From assembly GCA_964188305.1 (NCBI GenBank), contig OZ076886.1: 64,000 nt of DNA. The stretch is one strand, 5' to 3'. The stretch comes from Podarcis bocagei. Lineage: Eukaryota. Positions 1 through 13,787 of this stretch are shown here, one piece after another. Numbering within the stretch: the stretch's first letter is position 1; every line of letters starts with the position of its first letter. Under the pieces are notes generated by a model that worked only from the letters and a program-made list of their open reading frames with translations, was not told the origin of the DNA and made no database searches. The position numbers and the translations under genes are program-made.

Positions 1-520
1 CCCAGAAGACAAACATGTCAATAAAATCTGAGTCACTAATAAACAGTGAACCAGTTTACCACAATCTATCAAAAAAAAACCTCCTGTTTAGAAGATGAGC
101 ACAACAATATTAATCCCATTATCATTACCAGCATTCTAGAACATTTGCTTTCTAATGTAATGATCTGAAACCCACTGAAAGGGATGAATTCTCTTTGAAA
201 ACTAAATTTGCAGACCCTTTTCCTGGACTACATATAGCCACTCTTCCTTTTCTTTAGTATTAACTCTCCTTACTACTCTATTCTTATTGCAGAAATGCTT
301 CCCTCACCCCAAGCAAGAAAGTGTTGAAGAAGCTAAGCAAAGTGGCATGTATTCATGGTTATTTACTCAACATGCAAGTTCAGAAGATGAAGTCCGAGCA
401 ATGCAGTTCCCTCATTCCACAAAGCACCTAAGTGACTTAATTGCCAGGATCCATTTTCACAAATGACATGAAACTCCCAACTTCAAATTATGATTGCTAG
501 TGCCCCCAACCCAGGCTAGG

Positions 521-623
521 GAAGTTTTTAGTGTGTGATGTATTGTGCTGTTACTAATTTTTGTTGGGAGCTGCCCAGAGTGGCTGGGGCAATTCAGTCA
601 GATGGATGGCATATAATTTTATT

Positions 624-676
<53 letters not shown>
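521..676 (+). mobile_element. L2-type LINE 3' tail with (ATTT)n/(ATT)n microsatellite
   Basis: gctgcccagagtggctggggcaattcagtcagatgg followed by a simple-repeat tail, typical of squamate L2 3' ends. Confidence 0.7.
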
Positions 677-1122
677 GCAGCAGCTGAGGAGCTCTTCAAA
701 ACACACAATTACAGTTCCAAGGCTCCAGCCACCTCTCAGACACAAAGTTTTTTAGCTTGTTCACAGGAGAGAACCAGAAAAGCAATCTGATTCCACAAGG
801 GCACACTATTTAAGAAGCAGTATTAAATCACCCATGTCAGAGTACATATGATAACCATTGTCTTTTTCCTATTACAGTGCATCATGGCCAAAGTCACCTT
901 TGAAAAATAGACCTGGAGCCCAAGTCACTTAGGTGCTTTTCTAAGCAACAACCACCCACACCCACACATAAGGTCAGACCTACATATATAGTATATAGTC
1001 TACACTGTAGTAACACTGATTGACGCCTCCTCATCCCCATGCCTCAGTATAACTATCCTAATTCTGCCTAGGTAGTCTTAATTTTGGGAGCCACTACATT
1101 AAGTTACTAAAGGTTACCACAG

Positions 1123-1128
1123 CATGCA
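1123..1128 (-). promoter_or_regulatory. RBFOX element UGCAUG about 125 nt downstream of the microexon (second copy at 371-376)
   Basis: Plus strand CATGCA. A downstream intronic position is the classic inclusion-promoting site for RBFOX. Confidence 0.55.
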
Positions 1129-1251
1129 AATTGAGGAAGCCTGGCTTTTTTAAAAAAAACTGCTTCCAGTCCTCCTTACAGAAGCAGATTGTGCATTAGC
1201 TGTGCCATGAGACATTTTAAACATCAGAAAATTAAAGATGAATGTTGTTAC

Positions 1252-1275
1252 CTCGCCTTCTCCCATATGTCCTTG
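1252..1275 (-). CDS. CPEB4: CPEB4 24-nt neuronal microexon (mammalian exon 4)
   Basis: Minus strand tttttcttctcatttgacatgcag|CAAGGACATATGGGAGAAGGCGAG|gtaaca. In phase 1 it reads ARTYGRRR, the known microexon peptide. Confidence 0.96.
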
Positions 1276-3286
1276 CTGCATGTCAAATGAGAAGAAAAAC
1301 AGCCTTTCAAACATTGTTAATTATATATATATATTGTTTCACTTCCCTTATGATTGTTCAGTGGTTCTTAGGCTTTAATGCGCTGCAGACCACTTAAGAA
1401 ACCTTCCACCCATACCCACATATTTTGTCACTGGGTACACAACAACATGACAGAAGCTAGCAAAGAGATCTCATTTTGAAAACTCACTCTTTAGCTGCTT
1501 TGTGCTCACTAGGGCACCCTGCAGATCTGCAACTTTATTAGTAGTGACTGTTTCTCTCATGTTGCTAGGACACTGCATCTTTCGACTTCAGTTCTAGCAT
1601 TCTGTGTGTTTCCTCAATATCATGACATTTGGTTACAAGGTACCACCCTCCCCAGTGAAAAATTTACACAGGAAAAACTGACAGGACCATACAAACACCA
1701 TGACATCCAACACAGGAAGGTCAATGTCTAAGGGCCTACAACTCCCAGTTTAGCCCCACATCTAGCAAGTCACTTGTAAGCACATGATCAATTGGAATAA
1801 ACCAGTGCAGGACTCTGTAGATTAGGTATGAGGCATCAAAACTGGTTACTTTCTACCTACATCTATTGCACTCCCTCTGTTATTTGTCAGCTTTGGCCAT
1901 TGAGAATAAATTGCTCCAATACTCTAGCTTCTCAATGCTGCCAGTGAAGAAGAAAAATACAGCTATGCTATAGCTTTTTGAGTTAAAAAGCTTCACACAG
2001 CAACAAACACCTCATGCACAGAGCAGCAACCAGCAACGGTCTTTTTTACCTATTAAACCCAGAAACAAGATTACATCCCCCTAATTTCCAGAACAAGGGA
2101 TAGTCCATTAGGCAGAGAGCATCATATGTCACATTATATCGTATTCAGCACTCAGTATTAGGAACATACAGCAAAGCTTACAACCCACTATTTAAGAACC
2201 ACTTGTATTGATTCTGAGGGTTCAGGCATTTCATCAACAAAAAATAGAAAATATGAACCCTGCAAATCATTTTGTTTTCCTAAAAGATTTGTTACTTTTG
2301 TTCCCGATATCTCCACTCCCAACACGTTTACTTGACCAACTCTCTCCACAGAACAGGAGCTTTTGCCAGTGGCTCTTCTCGCCTATATCCTCTCTTCACT
2401 CCTTTCAAACAAATTAAAATACCCCTCAGTCACACAGGGTCTGATGAGGCAAAACTGGCAGCATGTTCAGAGGGGCTGGAGCTAGAAAGGGGTGATAACT
2501 GTACAGTGGACAGAAAAATTCAACACTCAGTATCAACATACTGGAAAGGAAGGTCTTGACAATAATTCCTGCTAAACATCAAGTATTTCATTGTTTATAA
2601 AACCAGAAAGGCCTAGGGTGTTTCTGTAATTACTGAAGTAAAAAATCTAGCTACACTACTCTGCCTTGTGTTTGCCTGACAGAGCCTCAAGTGTTTTCAG
2701 AGCATTCCCTGCCTAAAAAGCTATAAAATTCTGCTTGTGGTCTATAACTGGCTAACAAAACCAAATATACAACACAACTTTCCTTGTTTGGTACACTGAC
2801 GAGCTGGTCAACATAGCTGCAATTCCTAGTGAGGCCCATGAGAGTGATGCTGAATTGGCAGACTCCCTGTTCTGTCACTTATGTGTCACAAAGAGTCTGG
2901 TTTTGACATAAATGGTACCAAGAAAATAATACAGACTTGCAGTAGGTTTTCCTGCTGCAGATTTCCAAGCTGTCTCTTAACACAGATTTCTCACAGAAAC
3001 CACAGCCAAACACTACAACTTTAAAAACACATTTAAATATATGTAGACCTATTCATGTATTGAAACACAGTGACATTTGTGTCATCCACATTTATATTAT
3101 CTAGACGCTATAGTGATTCTAAAAACATTCCTGAGATGAAGATGATGTTATCCCTATATCATATATTTCAAAAAGTTTTAGCTGTTTCTGACTCAAGTAC
3201 AGACTGAAGTTTCAGCTAGAGGCAGAGCTCAAGTGCATTGCCCCAGTGGTAATCTTCACAGGGTGCTTATGTTTGACAGATTAAGA

Positions 3287-3921
3287 CAGGGGTGGGAAAA
3301 CTCAGGCTGCAGGGCAAATTAGGCCTGCTGTGGTCCTAATTCAGCCCACAAGACCCATTTGAATGGGCTGTGGCGCATAATGTGCTCCCAATTGTTCTTC
3401 TGTAAAAGGGGTTTGCATTCAGTGCCTTTAAATTTGATGCCAAAGGAAAGCCCTAATGGGATTAGTTCCATTTGGAAGCTCCTGAGTGGAGCCATCCCTG
3501 CTGAAAGTGGGGCTTGCATTGAGCACTGAATTTAAACTCAGCACTGAGAGCAAGCCCTGCTTTAATCAGCTCCTCTCAGGAGCTCCATATCAGAGTCCCT
3601 GAGCAGAGCAGATCGCTGCTGAAAGTGGGACTTGTATTTTAACTAAGCTGTGCCTTGAAATTCAAGCCGTGGCTCCAAAGGAAGAATTAAGAGGGCACTT
3701 CAAAGTATTTGCCAAATTCTTCCTTTGAAAGTGATATCACACATCTGATATCACCCAGTGTCATCTAAGTGTCACAGGTGGTCCCACCTACCTGTCAAAA
3801 GTAATTAGCAGTGGGTGGGCCACTTCCGGATCTAGCCTAGCAAAAGATTCCTGCACTGTTGGGCTGGATGATCCTTGTGGTCCCTTCTAACTCTACAGTT
3901 CTATGATTCTATAGCCACCCT
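3287..3921. mobile_element. Degraded hAT-like element containing a CR1-type SINE tail (3841-3912)
   Basis: Starts CAGGGGTGGG and has internal repeats ctgaaagtggg(g/a)cttg. The insert caaaagattcctgca...ttctatgattctat is a CR1-type tail. Confidence 0.45.
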
Positions 3922-5200
3922 ATTTTCTGAAGCATTTTCCAGTATTTTTGTTACACACTTGAGAGAAGTCTACTACTTTATAAGTGCCCCAGTTCACTTT
4001 ACATAAAATATGTCTTTCATCAAAGGAGCCGAAAAGCAGAGAAAGATTGCTTCTAAAACCTTTATGGAAAAATTTTGTCTGGATGAAAATCAAGTGATTT
4101 TAGTGCCAATTTACACAGCTTCCTTTGTTGACAAACCTAACTTCCATTGCTAGATTTCCCTCAATCCTAATTTGAAACTACACGAATGGCTCACAGCTGG
4201 GGAAATAGTCTGTAACTTCATCCCCAACCCCATTCACTGTGCCAGAAAACTGCAATCCTGTTATACTCATTGCTAAAAATTCATTTACCTCTCTGAATCT
4301 CTGTAATGAAGAACACTTTATTATCTGCCCACTGTGGAAGCAGAACCATTATAAGAATATTTATAGACATATATTTGTTAGTATCTGAAGGTAGCTGCCT
4401 TTCCAAAAGAAAGTCATCATTGCTGCATCCAGGTATTAACTGTAATGGGTACAGAGTTCTAGAATAGAATTTGAGAAACTGATGTTTCTGCTAACCATTC
4501 CAAAAGTAGTGATAACTCCCATTCCAGCTTCTACTCTTCATTTATCTAGGACCAACAATTAAAGGCCTGTATGGAAGGAAGAACTGACACGATCCCTGTT
4601 TGTAGGGCTGGCTCTGGATGCAACAGACAGGCGAGAGATGAAAGATGATAATAGTTTGACCAACACATGGGGGGTGGGGGGAGATAAAGTTGTGGCAGTA
4701 GCAGTACAGTACAGAAAAACATGAGGGTAGGATGGTCCTGCTTTGCAGGAGAAGCAGGTTCTGCGGAAAGGAGAACTTTGATAGAAGGCAAGGATGACTG
4801 TCATAGGCAGTTGGAGTTCACTTCCCCAAAACGTTACCTGAAACATTATGTAATACTACACCCATCAATGCTGTTACACCAATATTTCCTGCTGCAAACA
4901 AAGTGTAAAAGGAAAGACGTGTGGCATATAACACCTGCCTAAACATGCCAGGGAGCCCCAACTGGGCCACATCTCCCCAATATATTTGGAGGAAGTGTTT
5001 GCATAAGTCCCCAAGTTTGATCCCTACCATACACAATTCAAAAGAATTCCAGATATCAAGAAGTGGGGAAACTGTCTGCCTCAGACATCAGTAAGCCAGT
5101 GCTGCTGGAGTGACAAATACAAATGAGGTTGACCAATGGTCTGCTTCCGTAAGGCAGCTTCATTTGTTCACAAACTGTTAAGGATGTGTGCTGGTCACAC

Positions 5201-5900
5201 TGTAAGAACAAAAGAAGAGCCTTGCCAGGTCAAATCAAAAGCTTATGTACTCTGGCATTCTGTTCTCAAGGTGGCCAACCAGATGCCTATGGGAAACCCT
5301 TGTGTATCCCAAGGAAAGATGATTACTCTGTAAAGTGTGGAGCTGCTTGTGATTTGAAGTTTTTGAGGTCAAGGGAATGATGATTAAACTGACAAATGAA
5401 ACTATAAAGCCACCAGGAACCATTCAATCAAGCAAAAATCTATAGGATCTCATATTTACCTGCTAACAGTTTACTGATTCCCATTAAGTTTCCATTTTTC
5501 AACACTATTTACTAAGTGGCAACACATTTGTCGTTAAACCAAAAATTCCTGTACAGTTTATTCTGTAATTACTTTCATAAATTTTGTAAACTAGGGAACA
5601 TAAGCTAAAATGCTTAACCTGATCTACTAGAATGCAAGAAAAGAATGGCCTAAGTGGATCACAGCAACAATGATCCATCTAATCCAGCACTTTGTAACTG
5701 GTCAGATGCCATAGGAAAGTTCACAAGCAGATCATGAAGACGATAACTACCCTGTATTTGCTAAGCAGATAGAATACCCATTTTTCATTAGTTACTACTG
5801 CTAATATTCATTGATGTATCTAATCTCTATTAACTTGTCTAGACCTTTAAAAGAGAGAGAGCAAGAGAACCATCTAAGCTAGGAGCCTTCATCACACATT
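5201..5900 (-). mobile_element. Old CR1-lineage 3' end fragments (about 5201-5300 and 5635-5900)
   Basis: taagaacaaaagaagagcc...ggccaaccagatgcctatgggaa resembles the reverse complement of the TTCTTATG-tailed CR1 3' UTR also seen at 15380-15461. Confidence 0.5.
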
Positions 5901-8900
5901 GAAACAATAAATGCTCTAAGCTGAAATGTGTGCTAAGAAACAGTTTCTCTGAACCTACCAGCAAACTTTTTCTTCCAAACTTCAGCTGAATTACCCCAGT
6001 GCTTGCTGGGCAGCAGTCACAGGAGCAGTCCTTATGAGGCCTGTCAGGCCCCGCCCCAGGCCAGGTGCAGAGAGGTATCAAAAGCCAAGCCTCTAAAGGT
6101 CACTAGCACTTTACTAAAGCTCAGGAAACTACTGGGATCCAACAGGTGGTTCAAATTGGTGTGTGTTCCTGGTGGCTGATGTTGCATATTGACCTAAGAT
6201 TTTCAATGTGCTTCTATACTCTAAATTTTGAGTACAGTACTTGAAAATCACCCAGTTACAAATTAAGCCCACTATCAACAATAAATACTAAGAATCTTGA
6301 TGGTATTGAATTAGCTTCTGTATTTTGTAGTCAATTGTAGGCAAAATTGTTCCTGGGGCAGCTACAATCAGAGAGAACAAAGAATAACTCAAGCAGTAAG
6401 GAATTTGCTAGCATCACTGTATTGCTCTGATCTGAGTGAAAGAAACCTTCATGCTACAACATAAAATACCCAACACAAATTTTGCTTAACCTGGTCCAGC
6501 ATTTAAGAACAGCAAATAAATTTCTGATCCCTCAAATTCATTCATGACAAATTGTCCAAAACCCTTCTTACATTTACAGCATCAGAAGAGAAAGATCAAT
6601 TCATGCATGGGACACTAATGTGAGAAAGTGGCTCATGTGCAGCTAATGTGAATGAGATTAGCTCACATGAAGTTAATGTAAGAAATAGCAATGACAAAGT
6701 GGTTGGAAGGGCTAGATTGTAAAATACCTGAAGTTTGAGGTATACTACAAAACAGAACCCAAATTATTTATAAAAGAAAAAACAATAAATCCAGCCGCAG
6801 TTACAACCTTTCAGTAACAACCTGTTTGTAATTTCTCTGGGTAGCAGTCTGATTAGGGAACTTTACTTATAAAATCAGTAACTTTATTCAGGGTGGCTGT
6901 AAACACACTGTTCAGATTACCAAAAATATTAAATCTTACATGCATATGCACAATACAAACTTACATAGGATTTCACAATATCAGACAGACATTATGGAAT
7001 GGTTTATTTCTAAGGTGGCCGATTCTCAGGAAATAAAAATAAGAAAAGTCACTTTTCTTTAAAAAAAATTAAATGAGCCAAGAAATGTTGTTGAATGGCA
7101 AAATAAAATACTTGCAAAACAATTGTAGAATTCTCCTCTTTGGGCTGACATTTAACAACCAGATTAAATGTGTATATATAGAACACTAAACCAACAGGAT
7201 AGGGCAGATTATAAATGTAATTATCATTAAAATTATAAATAAAAACATGTAGGGTATTTTAAATTTAATTTTACCTCTTATACCAGGTCCTGGGAGCCAC
7301 TCAATAACAGGTCTAGAGTTGCTGACATAACCAACTATTCTACAGCACTGTCATTTAAGGTATCTAGAAATTTTAGTTCTTTGTCTTTGAATTAGACAGG
7401 TGCATGTTCTTTTTTTTAATATGGTTTCCCATCATGATACAATAACTCAATGTAATCAGTACTTGTGAAATTCATTAGACTTTAGCTGCAAATTGGTCAG
7501 CCCTTTTCTTATGGCTCTCAAGTTAAGAGAGTACCTCCTTTCAAAGGAAACAACTCCAGTTTGGATTCCAATTCCCATCAGCTCCAACCAGTGACCTGTG
7601 ATAATATGGTTTGTACTCAAAAATATTTGGAGGGTACCACATGGGGGAAGGCTGTCCTATTCCAATAAAGATGAGCTAATTTTTGAAGAGCTGAGGTATA
7701 TATAAACACGGGTTGGAAACTAAACTAAGCTTAAGGTGAAACAAAGCTTAACTGCACATTACAGTGATGCAGTGAGCAACATGTTTAAGGGCTGCTTAAC
7801 AAAAGGGGGGGTCATTTGTCCACTGCCTAGCAGAAGAAACACCCTCAAACTCTTTAAAATGTTATTTCTGACTTAGGAGCTGTGAATATTGAAACACTGG
7901 CCAGAAATAGGGCATCTAGAAGAACTGAAATATATATTAATTAATGTTTCATTTGCAGTTTTCTTTGCTCATCCCCACCCTACCACAACCCAAAAGACCA
8001 CTGCAGGGCAGTGATGGAAGAGGATATACTATGGCACTAGATATGGTAAATAGTCAACATGACTGTCCAGCAATAGTGTTGCCATAATAAACAGATGGAC
8101 AGAGCTGCCAGTGGGCTTTGTTGCATATATTGTTTCTTTGGTGGGTGTTTGCAGGATAATCCAGTACTTCAGCACTAAGTTCCAACACCTTAGGCAGTGT
8201 TCCTGGAAACTCCTACTGTCTGAAATACTGCATTATGTGATGTATTGTATAGTGCTAAAAGAGAAATAATGATGCACGGGTGTATAGTAACGTGAACTCT
8301 TTAAAAACATGTTGAACACTTTGTCTTTTCCTCACAAAGCAGGCCAAGGCACTGGCCATGAAAGAGGTTGGTGCTCTCATCCCCTCCACAGGTCAGTTCT
8401 CCCTGTTCCTACTTCAGCTCCCGCTGTCACCACTGTACACAACCAAACCTACACTAATTCCTGGGCATAATGTGGCAGGTGAGAAGCAAGGTAGAGTCAC
8501 AAGGTGAGTGGCAGCAAATCCAAAGGGGAACCACAGTATGCTAAGGGGATGGGAGGCTCTTATCTCACAAGTTCTCTGCTTCAGAACTTTTGCTCACTCT
8601 GGTGCAGTTGCCACTACTGGCCCTGTGCTCACGCAACACTGTCACAGCTCCAGGTAAAGCACTCATCATGGGTCTGTTCTGAATGTACCTGTATGTCTTA
8701 ACATCCCAGAACATATTCCAAACAAGTCTCTCCAGAATCACTTCATCCTTTGCTTATTTAAATAACAAGCCTCACTATATGCAAAACTAAACTTCAGATG
8801 GAATGTTCAATATACAGCTTTACAAGTAATCAGCTTATACTATGATTGTGCAATAAACTAATGCTTATTTAATATTTTTTATTTTACTTAATACCTATTT

Positions 8901-9874
8901 AATTAAAAAACCCCAGACAACTTTGTAGCAGGAACTGAAATTTATTTAAAGCTCTGAATGTCAATAGTCATCCAACACTTGGCTTAAAGGAGGGTGGGGA
9001 GGTAAGCTTACAATTCAGAAATAAAAATTATTGAGTTTCCAAGTTTGAACCTGGTTTGCTGTAAAATGAAGTGACACTGATAATTCCATTGTAAGAAAAT
9101 GAGAGAGATTGTGTCTTTATCTACAAGTTATCAGCTTAATTAGAACAGATCTACAAACGCTCTCAGGAGGGCAGACCCCAAAGATAGAAGTGTGTGATCA
9201 CAGAATTAAATACAGCAGCTGAAATTTGCCTTGTCCAGCTGAATGCTAACCAAATACCAGGTTAGGTGGGATAGAAACTTTAACAGTTCCTCAAATGACT
9301 CTGTGGAAAGACGGAACCGCCAAATAGCTTCAAATACTGCTCTATAAGCAATCAAGCACTGATGTTGCACAGCAGTGAAGCTGGCAGCCATAAGAAACTA
9401 AATAAATAAATGCACACAAAATGGCATTGGCGTGTAAGTAGGCCTTTATTGCTTTGTCACTCATGATGTCACTAGCAACAGCCATTGCAATAGCAACGTT
9501 TGGCCACTGCAATTGCAGTTCTGTGGTGTGATTGATGAAGGATGATATATCACATTGAGAGTACGTTCCGAGAAAAGGAAACAACTTCTGAAACAGAAGT
9601 CTTTCCACGAAGAAAGTATTGCAGCTACTGAGCAACAAATAGATAAGAACTGCACAATCATTGCTCTAATAACTTCATGTGAAGGAAGGCCCTCAAGAGT
9701 CCTGTTTCTGCCTATACCCAGCACTGGGGAAGAAAGACTTAGCTTGAGATAAAGGGAGCTTTGTGAGCTCTCTGTAAATTGTATTTCTCATTGAGATGAC
9801 TTTGTCTAATTCACTCAGTTTCAACTGAGAACTCCCTTGCCCCTTTTTTGGAACTTTTCAGCAGACCTTTGGGA

Positions 9875-10062
9875 AGTGAAATGGCTAACTGGTAAAGTAT
9901 CTGCCTTGCATGCAAAAGGTCTCAGGCTTTATCCTCAGCATCTCCAGGTACAGCTGTGAATGCTCTATGCCTGAAACCATGGAAAGCTTCTGCCAGTTAG
10001 TCTAGGCAATACTGAGCTAGGTGGATCAGTGTCTGACTCAGTACAAGTTGGACTCCTATGTT
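9875..10062 (+). mobile_element. tRNA-derived squamate SINE
   Basis: tRNA-like head (ggtaaagtatctgccttgcatgcaaaaggtctcagg) and body gcaatactgagctag...ctgactcagta. Related copies at about 16005-16190(-), 41058-41240(+), 51476-51820(-) and 60815(+). Confidence 0.7.
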
Positions 10063-11436
10063 TCTTTGTAAGTTGTTTTATAAGAAAGGAGCAGTCTAGA
10101 GTTTGCAACCACCACATGGACATCAAGCCAAATAAGGAAACCAGAACCAGAAACACAATCAGTGCATTTATTTCAGTTAGTTTTCATACTATCCAAAAAG
10201 GTAAATCAGACCAGCATGAAAACATAAAAGAAATTAATTTTGAAAAAGAGACACTAAGAGAAAAGGATCTATTAACTATGTCATTTCTAATGACTTCAAA
10301 ATGAAGTTTGTTACACAGTCAATTCTCTTCTTTGTGACAGTGGCATCCTCTGGCACAGACTTTGAAATTCTTCAGACACCAGAAGGGAAAAGTAGGTTTC
10401 ATCATAGAAGCAGTTTCTTTCTTCACAAGCTATTGTACCGTGGTTATTGCTCAATGACCTTGGCGGATTCTTGCTGCTATTTTGGGTCTATTCATTCTTT
10501 TGATGTGTCATTTTTCAAAAATGAGGCTCACATTTGTTGGTTTCACTGAAGTGAAGGAGAGCACCTCCAATGTCCTCTCATGCAGGTCTCTAGGTAAGGC
10601 ACATTTAACTGAACTCCCGCAAAGTAGATTGGAGCCAAATGACAATTCAATAGCAACATTCATTAAGAAGTTGTCCAAAATACTGAGGGGTATGGTACTG
10701 TCAGGTAGCAAATGCATTATAAAAGCCAACTGCCATTTCATAAATGCTACCTTAAGAGTTAAAAGTGATGCCTCACCTTGAAGACATAGGATTCATTGAA
10801 AGGGCTGAATGAGCACTTTGCCTCAGACCAGCCTTCTGCAACCTCAAGGGTGGGGGATCTTAGGCCCTTTTCCTTTAAAGTTGGAAACTGCACTCCATAG
10901 CACAGACGGCTTATAAAATTCTTCTGGTTCAAAAGAGGTTTGCCATAAATGAGAAAGGGGAACTGCTATTTGAGAAAAACAATTCCAAAGCTTCCTTGGT
11001 ATGCAAAGCTAATCGCAGAGTTCTCTGGATACAAGCCACCCTCACTAAGTCCAGATAATAAAGCCTCCCTTTTGTTTACTACAGTGTCAAGCAGTCCCAT
11101 TGTCAATTTTTATTTTATTATTATTTTGCCAACTAGCAAAATCCAAAATACATTTTTTTCACTTTTAGGTCCAGCAACTTGCAGGTCCCTCTTAAGCACT
11201 GACTGCAGTATATAATTGTTGTTTGAATAAAACTTTAAAGACATTCATAGCAAACAATGTAGTATTATTTGCTAAATTACGCACAATACATGTCACGATC
11301 TCAAGGTGGCAATCTAAGTTTAGGTATGAAAAGAACATATTGCATATATTTCTCTTTCCCCCTGGAAGGCAGGCTAAATGGCTTCAAAAATTCCAGAAAT
11401 GTTACACCTCTACTTTCCAACAGCTAGAATCAAAAG

Positions 11437-11565
11437 CAGGCATAGGCAAACTCGGCACTCCAGATGTTTTGGGACTACAACTCCCATCACCCCTAGCTAA
11501 CAGGACTAGTGGTCAGGGATGATGGGAGTTGTAGTCCCTTAACATCTAGAGTTTGCCTATGCCTG
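11437..11565. mobile_element. Palindromic hAT MITE
   Basis: TIR CAGGCATAGGCAAACTC...GAGTTTGCCTATGCCTG, perfect 8-bp TSD ATCAAAAG (11429-11436 and 11566-11573), internal inverted repeat. Confidence 0.92.
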
Positions 11566-13787
11566 ATCAAAAGTATCAACTTCCCAATCAGATGATTTCT
11601 TCATTCTCTTAAATCTTTTGAAAGTTAACCCCATCAAACACATGTTCTAGGCTCCCCTCCCTTCCCAGTCCACCCCACCCCACCTTCTACATTTAACATA
11701 TTTACAGTTCTGTTATTGCCAGAGTCATTTTCTTGTTTCTCTACTCATACTTTGCAGAAGCTTGTTCTGCTGAAAGTCCAGCACTCATCTTATCCCATAC
11801 CACACAAGCATCTCCTACATGCATTTTTACACAAGTGCCCCACTTTCTCTTTACTTTCCAAGAAAACCACCTACTACTGAAACGGATGAAAATGAACAAC
11901 AATGACAGAGGACACCTTCTTCAGGTGTTCTCTATACATGTTAAGTAAACATACAAGAGGGGGCCATGGGGACAAGCACATGTCCCCATCCCCACCAGTT
12001 CTTCTGGGTTGGAGGCAGTCTTCTGAAGCTGGAAATCTCCTGCCCTCACTGAGGCTCCCACACATTTTAAAACCCTGATTTTCCAATTTGTGTAGGGAAA
12101 TCAGAAGAATGGCAGGTTTGGTGGTGGTGGAATTACTATGCCTGCTTCCATGCCCACCCCCTGCATGTTTACTTAACTTGTATAAAATATGTCTTAAGAG
12201 GGCTCGAGTTCCATACAGATCCTTCAAGTATCAATGAAGGGGGAGAAAGCACCAATATAAAGATTTTGACACTCCCCTATCTCCTGAGAATGTACAAAGC
12301 TGGTAACCAGTTGGGTTATGTTTTGAACTTTAAAAACTTGGCTTCTTATTAGGCATTACCACCTTAAGCAAGCCACTGCGAGGTTTACAGCCTCTTCAAG
12401 CCAAGGGGTCACTTGGCTCTACTCATCTCTCTAAAAACAAGCTCAAATAGTGATTAGTTAGCATTATGTCTTATTTGAAGGAGGCAGCTTACTTTAGAAT
12501 AACTTCCTTGAATAAGGCTTTATTTTAAGCATAGTTTCAGTGAGCTGTTTATTAGTTGTCCAAAATACTGAATAAGTCACTCATTTGCCTTTGATCTTAC
12601 ACACTAGTGGCTGTGGCTTTCTGAAAGCTCCGTCAAAGGATGTTCAACAAGTCGGTGGTTGCCGTTTTACTGCAAATGGATACATGTGACTGCAACCCCA
12701 AGAGAAGTCCTCAAACCACAAAACCTTCACACAAAAAGTGTTCCAAGCATAATAGGCACTTCAGAAAAATCAGCAAATCTACAGAAAAAATTATGGGCCC
12801 ATCACAGAAATAAATGAAGGGAGAGTTTAAATCATTCCTTTACTTCACTCCTCTTACTCTATCTAAATAGGGGGTTTTTTTCCTTTTGAAAATTTGTATT
12901 GATTTGTCAAAAACATATGGGCAAACTAACGCATAACCATACAAGCAATAATGAAACCATACATGGAGCAGATTGAGTATAAAAACAGAGGTGCAGTTAC
13001 ATATAACCAAGTCTTTAAGCTGAGTCTATATAAACCAACCACATCTAGGAGTGAGTCATGGGAGGAGTACTTATACGGTGCTCCCAATTTAGATAATATA
13101 AAAATGGAGACTAGGCTGCATCAAAACTGTTCAGTTTGGTTTTGCCACAGACTACACTCTATCAACATTCAGATAAAGCAATGTTCCATACATTAGAAAA
13201 CCACGGGGTTTGCGTAAAAATCTAGAATTTCTTCATATTACAAAATTATTACAAGGCAGCTGTGTTGCAATACATGCAACAGCCTCTCTAATTAATGCAG
13301 AAAGTAATGTGCTGTAGCTTGCTGCACACAGCACTTAATGTCACCCAACTAGCTTTTGAGTCAGCATTTTGCAACTTGAAAAAGACAGACTAAGAAGATA
13401 TATGGAATGCTGAAGCTCTGAACTTCTTTGTGACACAGTCTTCTTGTCACCAAAATTTCTTTTTCATGCATATAAGAGGTGGACTAAGAAAACACAAGCA
13501 GAATGTTTCTGCATCCTCCTATTTATAGATTTTGCTTGCTGCTTCAAGAAAGCTTCCACTGTTATTTAACATATTATACTGGGGCCTTCCCATAGTTTGC
13601 CCTTACTTCACCATTCTAGTTATAAGTGGCACCATTTTATTTTAATACTGGAAGAGAAAAGTGAGGTGTTATAGAAATCTTATCCTCAATTATCAAAGTA
13701 CATAAAAACACTGTACAGTAGTTGTCTTAGCAGTTTAATATGATGCAACCAGCTGGGCTTGATACATTTAATGTACCTCCTACAATA

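Noticed and set aside
561-755. Poly-Ile ORF (and the poly-Asn ORF at 61203)
   Set aside because: Translations of (ATT)n LINE tails.
6965-7024. Exon-like segment with a GTAAGT donor as a diverged exon 3
   Set aside because: 45 or 60 nt, in-frame TGA in phase 1, and no real peptide similarity.
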